In this document: positions 9,425 to 17,074 of the stretch, in pieces
Layout of the letters: every line of letters begins with the position of its first letter
How positions within the stretch are numbered: the first letter of the stretch is position 1
Assembly: GCA_036170245.1 (NCBI GenBank)
Contig: JAVHOV010000011.1
Location: 1-20,287 of the forward strand
Direction: 5' to 3'
DNA: 20,287 bases
Origin: an archaeon
Lineage (GTDB): Archaea > Iainarchaeota > Iainarchaeia > Iainarchaeales > JAAZKV01
Position numbers and translations under genes: made by a program
Notes under the pieces: generated by a model
The model's database searches: none
The model's input: the letters and a program-made list of their open reading frames with translations, nothing else
What the model was told of the DNA's origin: nothing

Positions 9425-10630
9425 TTATTCATACCTCAAGGCAACTACTGGATCAAGGTTTGCTGCATTTATTGCTGGCAGAAAACCTGATAGGCTCCCT
9501 ACTATCATTGCAAAGATTAATGCGCCTAGAGTAATTTCAATTCCCATGGACGCAGCTAATTTATATCCTAAACTTTGGCCAATGAATGCAATAGTGAATG
9601 ACATTGTATAACCTAGTATTATTCCAATTGCCCCTCCTATTCCTCCGATTAATGCAGCTTCAAGAAGGAAAATACTTTTTATTTTTTCATTTGATGCGCC
9701 AAGCGCTTTCATTAATCCAATTTCTCTAGTTCTTTCCATTACGCTTGTAATCATTGAATTCATTATTCCAATTCCTCCGACAAGCATTGAAACTGCGCCG
9801 ATTCCTGTAATAAAAATAGTTATCAAATTAATTAATGATTTAACCTGGTCAAGAAGAGATTCTGCAGAAGAAACTGTTATACTTTTTTCGCCATACTTAT
9901 TATCAAAGTAATCTTGGATTACTTTGGCTGCATCTGTTGCTTCACTTGCTGTATAAGTTTTTGCAAAAATTATTGCAGGTTTTAGGGCTGATTCAGGAAC
10001 TATTCTTTTTAATCCTCCAAGAGTCATATAAATTCCTCCTCCAGAACCAGTCATTCCGCTCATTCCTTGAGAGGGCTTAATTATTCCTACTACAGTATAA
10101 TCCGCTCCATTGATTGTAACTTTCTTTTTTAGACTTAAATCTCTTTTAAAATAACCGCTTGCTAATTTGCTTCCTATTAGTATTCCTTCAGAGTCATTTT
10201 TTTCAAGCATTCTTCCTTCGGAGAGTTCAATAAATTTGGTGCTCTCCATAATTGAAACATCTTTTCCATCAATTGCACTAATTGAAACACTTACTTTTTC
10301 TCCGTTATATTCAAGCATTCCTCCTTTGGAATAAATTGGAATCACATGTTCAACTCCGCTTGTGTTTTCAATAATACTAATATCATTTTGGGTTATTCTT
10401 GTAGTTGTAAGGGTTGAGGTCATTCCTGCACCAGGAATTATAAAAATAGTATTTGTTCCAAGACTTTGGAATTGTTCTTCAACTGTCATGGTCAACCCAT
10501 TTCCAATTGAAAGCAAGCTTACAATTGCCGCAATCCCAATAATTACTCCAATTAGAGTAAGAAAAGTACGTACTCCTTCTCTTCTTAGATTTCTTAGTGA
10601 AATTGTTATAACATCCAAATCAAATTTCAT
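9425..10630 (-). CDS. ABC transporter permease, MacB/FtsX family (paralog of 8191-9384)
   Basis: RTFLTLIGVIIGIAAI, GGIGIMNSM...ERTREIGLMKALGA, PAINAANLDPVVALRYE. Confidence 0.93.
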   Translation of the reverse strand: MKFDLDVITISLRNLRREGVRTFLTLIGVIIGIAAIVSLLSIGNGLTMTVEEQFQSLGTNTIFIIPGAGMTSTLTTTRITQNDISIIENTSGVEHVIPIYSKGGMLEYNGEKVSVSISAIDGKDVSIMESTKFIELSEGRMLEKNDSEGILIGSKLASGYFKRDLSLKKKVTINGADYTVVGIIKPSQGMSGMTGSGGGIYMTLGGLKRIVPESALKPAIIFAKTYTASEATDAAKVIQDYFDNKYGEKSITVSSAESLLDQVKSLINLITIFITGIGAVSMLVGGIGIMNSMITSVMERTREIGLMKALGASNEKIKSIFLLEAALIGGIGGAIGIILGYTMSFTIAFIGQSLGYKLAASMGIEITLGALIFAMIVGSLSGFLPAINAANLDPVVALRYE

Positions 10631-10671
10631 AAAATCAATTCTTTAAGTTTTTATTATTTTGTAAATTTTAT

Positions 10672-11394
10672 TCAAATTTGACAAATCTTTTTTCCATCGC
10701 CTTTAAGGTTAGCTATTTTTCCATCTCTAATTAGTATTCTTCTGTCAGCCATTTTTCCTATGCTTTCATCGTGAGTAACAACAATTACTGTTGTTTTATG
10801 TTCTTCATGCAAGTGCTCTAAAATGTCCATTACATGCTTACTTGATTTTGAATCAAGGTTTCCTGTAGGTTCATCTGCAACAATTATTTTTGGTTCCATT
10901 GCAAGAGCTCTTGCAATTGCAACTCTTTGTTTTTGCCCACCGGATAATTGGTTAGGTCTGTTGTACATTCTGTCAGAGAGTCCCACTTCCTCAAGCAATT
11001 TCTTTGCTATTTGTTCTCTTTTTTCTCTTGGAACTTCATTAATCCATAATGGAGTCATTACATTTTCAAGAGCAGTTAATTTTGGAAGCAAATTAAATGT
11101 TTGAAAAATAAAACCGATTTTCTGTCCTCTGAAAGAAGCTAATTCAGCATTGCTCATTTTTGTAGTATCTACTCCTTCAATGAAAACTTCTCCCTTAGTT
11201 GGTTTCATCATAGTAGTAATAACATCAAGTAAAGTAGTTTTCCCGCTTCCTGAAGGCCCCATTATTGAAACATATTCTCCTGCACAAATATTCAAGCTAA
11301 TATCATCCAGTGCCTTAATTTCTATTTCGCCCATTCCATAAATTTTTGAAACCCCTTTAAGGCTAATTACTCCTCCTTCTTTTGCTGTAGTCAT
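10672..11394 (-). CDS. ABC transporter ATP-binding protein, LolD/MacB-like
   Basis: Walker [19 protein letters not shown], signature [23 protein letters not shown]-like GAGGATGA upstream. Confidence 0.96.
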   Translation of the reverse strand: MTTAKEGGVISLKGVSKIYGMGEIEIKALDDISLNICAGEYVSIMGPSGSGKTTLLDVITTMMKPTKGEVFIEGVDTTKMSNAELASFRGQKIGFIFQTFNLLPKLTALENVMTPLWINEVPREKREQIAKKLLEEVGLSDRMYNRPNQLSGGQKQRVAIARALAMEPKIIVADEPTGNLDSKSSKHVMDILEHLHEEHKTTVIVVTHDESIGKMADRRILIRDGKIANLKGDGKKICQI

Positions 11395-11426
11395 TTTTTC
11401 ATCCTCAAAAAATAAAGAAAGAATTA

Positions 11427-11936
11427 CTATTTCAGTAATTCTTCAATAACTCTAGTAAATTCTGCTTCTTCAGCGTTGAGATCCTTTTGTGATTCGAATT
11501 GGTTTCCAATTCTATAATATTTGCATCCAAAAACAAATGCAGGAACATTAGAATTTGGACTGAATTGTTGGAATACTGCTTCCTCGCTAGGAGGCATAGT
11601 TCCTTCGTTTGCAGTTGTTAAAGTATCATCAACACCAGCTAAACTTCCTTCACTGTCAATCATCCAAACCCAATGATATGCAACAATTTTATTTTCATCA
11701 ACATATTTTTTTACAACCGCATCAAATGCAGGTTTCACCCAAATACAATGAGGGCAAATACTTGTAGAGTACATTCTAATAACTGGTTTTCCACCCAATT
11801 TGCAAATGCTATTATCTTGTATTGAAACAAATTTATTTTCTTGTGCTATTGGAGCAGTGCATCCAAAAAGGCTCAAAGCCAAAATTAAGAGGACTAATAT
11901 TCCAAAGGACTTCACTAAATTTCTTGTGTTATTCAT
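11427..11936 (-). CDS. Thioredoxin/glutaredoxin-fold lipoprotein
   Basis: Signal peptide ending in lipobox-like LFGC, CPHC active site, cis-Pro motif NVPAFVF, and two extra Cys. Confidence 0.8.
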   Translation of the reverse strand: MNNTRNLVKSFGILVLLILALSLFGCTAPIAQENKFVSIQDNSICKLGGKPVIRMYSTSICPHCIWVKPAFDAVVKKYVDENKIVAYHWVWMIDSEGSLAGVDDTLTTANEGTMPPSEEAVFQQFSPNSNVPAFVFGCKYYRIGNQFESQKDLNAEEAEFTRVIEELLK

Positions 11937-11961
11937 TTTCCCACTTTCTCCTCTACCCTAA

Positions 11962-13494
11962 TTAATTTCTAAAGGCAAATTTCTTTAAAGCTCTCTTTTG
12001 TTCTTTTGAAGCGTGTTCAATTAATTTTTTTAATGCCTTAAGTGCGCTAAATGCAGGGAATGAGGCAAAGAAGATAAAGATGAGAATGGTTGTTATCTGT
12101 CTGCTGTAAATTAGAGGGATATTGAATCTTGGTATTGCATCATAAAGCAAAATTGTTACCCAGGCAAGACAAAGAATAACAAAAAGGTTTGTTCCAAATT
12201 TCTTTAATTGTTCAATTGTATAAGGGGTATGTTCCTGTATTTGAGTTACTGTGGGAGTCGTTGGAGCAAACAAATTTGGAAGTTTTGAAAATATTTTTTG
12301 GTGAAGTTCTCTCAAATTATATATTGGCTGAAATAATACAACTGTTATTAAAATAAGCATAAATGCTATTGGGGAAATTAATGTACTCTCCACTCCTTTA
12401 AGTGCTGGAAGAGCTCCAGTTGCAAGAATTATCACAAATTCTCCTAAAGGCACAAGCATGATTGCAACAAGAGTTGAATCTTCCTTATTCAATCCAAATC
12501 TTGCTCCAAATAAACTTGTGGTAAGACTGTGGGCTAGTATTGCTCCAATTGCAACAGAGAGTGCAATCCCTAAGAGAAATAATAGAGTTCCTATTTCTGG
12601 TATTTCAACTACTTTTGTTGTTGTGTTAAAAAACAGAGTTGTTCCAAATGCAACAAAAAAGAATACTAACATAAAATCACGCAAGAATCCAACATCTTTT
12701 TTTATCCCTTCTCCTGATCTTGTTTCAGCAAGTGCAAATCCTGCAAAATGTGCTCCAAGTGCCATTGATAATCCTAGCATTGTTCCTAGCGTAGCAACAA
12801 TTAATCCAAGTCCTAAGGAAAATAAAGTAACTTCAGTATGTCCAAAACCATTATTTGTTAGCCAAGCTTCTATTAATTTTGCAAGTTTTGAAACAACGTA
12901 GAATGCAGATACTGCAAATACTAATGCAGCAAGTGCAAGTCCTAAAGGGTTAGTATTTACATTGCTTGAAAAACTTGTAAGGAAAACCAAAACTACTATT
13001 CCTAAAAAATCCTGCAAAATTAGAATCGAAATTGCAAGTTTTGCTGCGTTGTGCTGAATTAATCCTTTATCAAGAGCAAATTTTGCTACAATTGCAGTAC
13101 TAGTAGAAAACGCCATCATTCCAAGAACAATTGAAAAAATTAATGAGAATCCTGAAATGAGTGCAATAATACATCCAATTCCAGTTGAAGCAAGCATATC
13201 AATTATTGCAAGTCCAAAAGAAGTGCTTCCTGCTTTTAAAAAATCCTTTAGGGACATTTCAAGTCCAAGATAAAAAAGTAAAATAAATAATCCTAGTTCG
13301 CTAAAACCATTAATTAATCCACTCATTTCTGGATTTAATGGGTTAAGAAAATTAAGGACAACTGGTCCAAGAATAAATCCTGCTAAAATGTACCCAAGAA
13401 CTGCGTTCTGCCCTGATTTTTTTATAATAATACTAAAGAAAATTGCAAGCACTATTATTATTCCAATTGATTCAAGTGGCAATACAACAGACAT
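11962..13494 (-). CDS. Cation:proton antiporter, CPA2 (Kef-like) family
   Basis: GYILAGFILGP, ELGLFILLFYLGLE, STSTAIV, ILILQDFLG, LGAHFAG, PLGEF; many TM helices. Confidence 0.9.
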   Translation of the reverse strand: MSVVLPLESIGIIIVLAIFFSIIIKKSGQNAVLGYILAGFILGPVVLNFLNPLNPEMSGLINGFSELGLFILLFYLGLEMSLKDFLKAGSTSFGLAIIDMLASTGIGCIIALISGFSLIFSIVLGMMAFSTSTAIVAKFALDKGLIQHNAAKLAISILILQDFLGIVVLVFLTSFSSNVNTNPLGLALAALVFAVSAFYVVSKLAKLIEAWLTNNGFGHTEVTLFSLGLGLIVATLGTMLGLSMALGAHFAGFALAETRSGEGIKKDVGFLRDFMLVFFFVAFGTTLFFNTTTKVVEIPEIGTLLFLLGIALSVAIGAILAHSLTTSLFGARFGLNKEDSTLVAIMLVPLGEFVIILATGALPALKGVESTLISPIAFMLILITVVLFQPIYNLRELHQKIFSKLPNLFAPTTPTVTQIQEHTPYTIEQLKKFGTNLFVILCLAWVTILLYDAIPRFNIPLIYSRQITTILIFIFFASFPAFSALKALKKLIEHASKEQKRALKKFAFRN

Positions 13495-13516
13495 GATTCA
13501 AAGAAGGCGTTAGTAG

Positions 13517-13562
13517 AATAAAAAGCTTGCTTAATGGTTTTCGAAACCAAAAGGTTTTAAAT
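13517..13562. promoter_or_regulatory. Back-to-back promoters with a central palindrome
   Basis: Minus-strand TTTTTATT (13524-13517) about 23 nt before ATG 13494; plus-strand TTTTAAAT (13555-13562) about 25 nt before ATG 13587; inverted repeat TGGTTT-tcg-AAACCA at 13535-13549. Confidence 0.5.
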
Positions 13563-13586
13563 TAATTAATCTTTCAATTGAATTAT

Positions 13587-14456
13587 ATGGTTGATTTTTA
13601 CTGCTCGTGGTGTTTGGGTCTTCCAGAATCAAAGAAAGCTCTTGATATTATTAGGGATTCAAATGAATTTAGTGGAATTGAATTAAGCAATACTTCAAGT
13701 GATATTGATAAAATTCTTTCAAGCGGACTTAAGGCAAGCATTCACAATCCTTCAAGGGAATATAAAATTTCAATTGAAAGTAATAAGTTTATTGAAGTTT
13801 TAACCCAAGATTCTTTAATACTTGATTCATGCAAAAAATCATCTCTTCCTTTTGTGAGTTTTCACGCCGGACACCAAATGTATTTTTCTAAATCAATTCC
13901 TAATGAATTTGTTATTTCAAATGCAAGAAAAAATCTGCATTTTTTAGATCATGAAATCAATAAAAAAATAATTTTGGAACAGTTTTGGCTTCCTTTTGAT
14001 AAAACAAAATTGGATGGGGTTGAAAAAGAGTGTGCTCTTTATTCGACAAGTATTGATTTTCTAAAAGATATTCAATCGTCTACAAATGCAGGTATTTTGC
14101 TTGATGTATCTCACGCTTTGGTTACAGCTTCCGCAAGGATTCGTTCTAATTATTATAAATTTGATGTAAAAAATTATTTTCTTGATGTTTTAAATGCAAC
14201 TTCAAAAAACATTTTCCAAATGCACATAAATTGCCCTCAATATACTAAAGTAGATGGTTTTGTGGATAAACATTTTCCATTCAAATCAAGCGGAATAGAA
14301 TCAAAAACTGTCTTTGAATGTGCCGCTGAAGCAGTTGCGGTTTCGCCAAATTTGAAAATGATTACTCTAGAAATAGAACCCCACCTTGAACCAATCAAAC
14401 ATGCAAGACTAATGGTAAAACAGGCAAAGCTTGTAAGAAAGAAATTAAATTTATAA
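13587..14456 (+). CDS. TIM-barrel metalloenzyme, DUF692/multinuclear non-heme iron oxidase (MNIO)-like (AP endonuclease 2/xylose isomerase superfamily)
   Basis: Ordered putative metal ligands SIH, PFVSFHAG, IILE, GILLDVSH, QMHIN, FVDKH, ITLE parallel the DUF692 pattern (PWVSEH, LLLEN, GLLLDVNN, EIHLAG, IDTH, LLE). ATG 13587 preferred over TTG 13578. Confidence 0.6.
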   Translation: MVDFYCSWCLGLPESKKALDIIRDSNEFSGIELSNTSSDIDKILSSGLKASIHNPSREYKISIESNKFIEVLTQDSLILDSCKKSSLPFVSFHAGHQMYFSKSIPNEFVISNARKNLHFLDHEINKKIILEQFWLPFDKTKLDGVEKECALYSTSIDFLKDIQSSTNAGILLDVSHALVTASARIRSNYYKFDVKNYFLDVLNATSKNIFQMHINCPQYTKVDGFVDKHFPFKSSGIESKTVFECAAEAVAVSPNLKMITLEIEPHLEPIKHARLMVKQAKLVRKKLNL

Positions 14457-14500
14457 TTTTTTTGCTTTTTATAAAATCAGATTTTTTTTATTAGATTTAT

Positions 14501-14524
14501 TTCTTGGGAGTATTCCCCCAAGAA
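14501..14524 (-). terminator. Stem-loop between convergent genes (3' of the SWIB-like gene)
   Basis: Minus strand TTCTTGGGGG-AATA-CTCCCAAGAA gives a 10-bp stem with one G-U; the same position is an A-C mismatch on the plus strand. It may be a stabilising hairpin rather than a terminator. Confidence 0.5.
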
Positions 14525-14549
14525 TAACCTAATTTTAACAAAAAAGAAT

Positions 14550-14735
14550 TTACTTCTTTCCTGACAATTTGTTTTTCTTAATGTAGACCCAAAGTTTCTT
14601 TGTCATTTCACTTGGTGTTACATCGCCAGAACCGAATACGTCTTCAACTGTATCTGATCTACCTTTGAAACTAATACAGTATCCGCCGAATGCTTTCTTT
14701 TTTGGCTTTCCTTTAACTGCGTCTAATAATCCCAT
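14550..14735 (-). CDS. Small basic SWIB/MDM2-like protein (half domain)
   Basis: VFGSGDVTPSEMTKKLWVYIKKNKL resembles the SWIB motif RTEVTKKLWDYIKKNNL. Strong SD GGAGGGG just upstream; TATA TTTATATA at 14806-14799. Confidence 0.8.
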   Translation of the reverse strand: MGLLDAVKGKPKKKAFGGYCISFKGRSDTVEDVFGSGDVTPSEMTKKLWVYIKKNKLSGKK

Positions 14736-15012
14736 CGTTAACCCCTCCGGGTGCTTTTATAGACTTTTACGTCTTAGATTACAAGAGAAATATTCTAGTA
14801 TATAAACACTTACCCTAAAACACTCAAATTTACCTCTAAAAATCGTTTTTTTGACAAAAATCAGACTTGTGGAAACTAAAATAAAAAATTTATTTTCAAA
14901 TTAATTTACTCTTCTTTTAAAAATATTTTTTTGATTTTACATTTTTATCCCCTCAAGTAAAGTTAATTACTTAACTATTTTTTGAGAAATATTTTATTTT
15001 TTTATCAAATCA

Positions 15013-15108
15013 TTATGCTGCAGCTATTTCTGTATCTGCTCCTGCGTTAGCCGAAACCGCTGCAGTAATCACCTCCAATCCAATTAATTCTATTTCTTCA
15101 TCAACCAT
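15013..15108 (-). CDS. Unannotated small peptide MVDEEIELIGLEVITAAVSANAGADTEIAAA (31 aa; 38 aa if started at ATG 15129)
   Basis: Manually translated. Higher-GC, coding-like island inside AT-rich DNA; TTTAAAAG at 15151-15144; SD-like AGAGATG before ATG 15108; tandem stops TAA TGA. Confidence 0.6.
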   Translation of the reverse strand: MVDEEIELIGLEVITAAVSANAGADTEIAAA

Positions 15109-15335
15109 TACAACATCTCTAAATGACATTGCATCATTTGTTTCTTTTAAAGGTTAAGTGGGTTAATATGTAATAAAAAGAACACTTAATGCGAACAAAG
15201 TGTTATTTTGAGTTAATTGACGTAGTTTTAAGTAGTTTTAAATTATATTTAACAGCTATTTTGACTTAATTTAGTTTTATTAATTATTTTTTAAGAGGCT
15301 AATATTAATAAAGGAGTTTTGGTGTTATTCTATTT

Positions 15336-16061
15336 ATGAAAGCAAGAAGTGTTGTATCTAAACAAAGAAGTCCTTTTTTTCATGGCAAACCTTCTATTCC
15401 TTTAATAGGCGGAAAGGGTGTTGAAAGTAAAGAAGCTATTAGAAGGGCCGTTGGTTCTAAATCACCTGTTGCTTTCCATAAACCAATTAAAAGAAAAATA
15501 ATTAGCCGAGCTACTAAAATAGTTACTGGTGTTGGTTTAGGTGCTGCATTAATGGGATTAATCAGCGGATCTGTAGAAAAATCAAATGTTCGTAATATTG
15601 CTAATTTAAAATCAAGAGCTGAAATTGCTGAGAGTCACAGTGTAACAAATTACACTAACAGGTATCCAAAAGTTTCTCCTCAGGTTGCAAGCAAGGAAAT
15701 GAAGGAAGTTGAAAAGTTGCTAAAACTTAATATGACTAATGAATCTGATGTAAAAATGGCAGATAATGTTTTTGAAATAGCAAGACAATCAGGAGTATCT
15801 CCAAGAGTTGCCCTAAGAACAATTGCAAGATCAAGCGGAAAAGCAAATTCTCTTGATGCAAAAGCAGCTATGCAAAGAGAAAGAGTAAGAGACCTTGAAG
15901 CAAAAGGCGAATTTGAACTTGCAAATGAAGTAAATATGGAGCTTCAGCAAACTGAAAAGATTCAGGAAATTTTGAGGGCTCAGGACAGATTGGATGCTCG
16001 TTCAAAAGACTTACTGAAGAAAAGAGCAAATTCTGTTGGTCCATTCAATATTAAGCAATAA
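15336..16061 (+). CDS. Hypothetical protein: basic N-terminus, single hydrophobic segment, helical/coiled-coil C-terminal region
   Basis: 241-aa ORF; hydrophobic IVTGVGLGAALMGLISG after a K/R-rich stretch. No family recognised. Confidence 0.7.
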   Translation: MKARSVVSKQRSPFFHGKPSIPLIGGKGVESKEAIRRAVGSKSPVAFHKPIKRKIISRATKIVTGVGLGAALMGLISGSVEKSNVRNIANLKSRAEIAESHSVTNYTNRYPKVSPQVASKEMKEVEKLLKLNMTNESDVKMADNVFEIARQSGVSPRVALRTIARSSGKANSLDAKAAMQRERVRDLEAKGEFELANEVNMELQQTEKIQEILRAQDRLDARSKDLLKKRANSVGPFNIKQ

Positions 16062-16084
16062 AATTATTTCTGCAGTTTTTTTGA

Positions 16085-16453
16085 TTAATTTTTTTTGCTT
16101 TCTTTTATGATGCAATTCTTTGCTTCATATTCGAGTCCATTTTCCTCGCAGAACTGAATTATTTTTGCATCAAAACTTCCTTCCTGAAACCAAAATAAAC
16201 TCTTTCTTAAAAAATTCTTTTTTAATATTTCTAAAGTTATACTTGGAGGAACAACAAAAACAATTACATCAATAGTTTCTTTTATTAAATTTAAATCAGA
16301 ATATACTTTTTGTCCTAATATTTGAGTTTCTTTTGGATTGATTGGAAAAATGTTTTTTGTTTTTTTTAAAAGTGCTTGTACTACTTTAAATCCATATTTT
16401 GTTGGATTATTTGAGGCACCCACTATTGCAAAACTTTTTTCTTTAAAATTCAT
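16085..16453 (-). CDS. CoA-binding protein (YccU-like Rossmann fold)
   Basis: FAIVGASNNPTKYG, IFPINP, IDVIVFVVPP, FWFQEG, terminal NCI. Confidence 0.9.
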   Translation of the reverse strand: MNFKEKSFAIVGASNNPTKYGFKVVQALLKKTKNIFPINPKETQILGQKVYSDLNLIKETIDVIVFVVPPSITLEILKKNFLRKSLFWFQEGSFDAKIIQFCEENGLEYEAKNCIIKESKKN

Positions 16454-16521
16454 AAAAAATTCTTTGTCTGTTCTAATTAAAACCCCTTTGAATGAATAAT
16501 TTTGTATAATTAGTTGATAAA

Positions 16522-17010
16522 ATGCAGAAAAATATTATTTTACTATTTGATTCTCTCCGAGATCCTCGCGATATGGCTCAAATGATTCACTTGGGGCTTG
16601 CTGCAGGAGTAAGTATTGAATTAACTGGTTCATCTTTACCTATAGCTCATCCTAAAGTAATTGGAATACTCGATTCATGGATTCCAGGTTTTAAGAAAAA
16701 ACCAATTTTGGATCACGTTTCCTTCCACCCTGAATTTGGGAAAAGAATTGGTTCATTAAAAAAACAAGGGTATACAATAATTGGAACATCCTCTCACCCT
16801 GGAACTAAAAACTTATTTTCTTATGATATATCAAGCGGAAAACACGCAATAGTATTTGGAACAGAAACAACTGGATTAAATAAAGACAAACAAAATTTAA
16901 TGGATGCAATGCTTGCAGTCCCAATGACTTCACCAACAAGTTTCTTTACTTTAGGGGCAGTTGCTCCTGTATTTTGCTTTGAAGCAATGCGACAAAAGAA
17001 ACTAATCTAA
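16522..17010 (+). CDS. SPOUT-class RNA methyltransferase (SpoU/TrmH/TrmL-like, single domain)
   Basis: LLFDSLRDPRDMAQMIH (motif 1-like), AIVFGTETTGL (motif 2), VPM...FFTLGAVA...FEA (motif 3-like). Confidence 0.82.
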   Translation: MQKNIILLFDSLRDPRDMAQMIHLGLAAGVSIELTGSSLPIAHPKVIGILDSWIPGFKKKPILDHVSFHPEFGKRIGSLKKQGYTIIGTSSHPGTKNLFSYDISSGKHAIVFGTETTGLNKDKQNLMDAMLAVPMTSPTSFFTLGAVAPVFCFEAMRQKKLI

Positions 17011-17074
17011 TTTTTTTAAAAACTTTGTCCTCTAAATCTTAATAAAGATTTTGATTTTAATTTAAATATAATTT

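Noticed and set aside
15013..15051. Peptide end ANAGADTEIAAA followed by two stops resembles a tmRNA (ssrA) tag
   Set aside because: No tRNA-like ends, T-loop or structured GC-rich flanks are present, the ORF has its own ATG, and the context is archaeal.
15068..15076. ATCACCTCC (anti-SD-like; GGAGGTGAT on the minus strand)
   Set aside because: No 16S rRNA sequence around it and no ATG at suitable spacing; explained by the Leu-Glu-Val-Ile codons of the small ORF.
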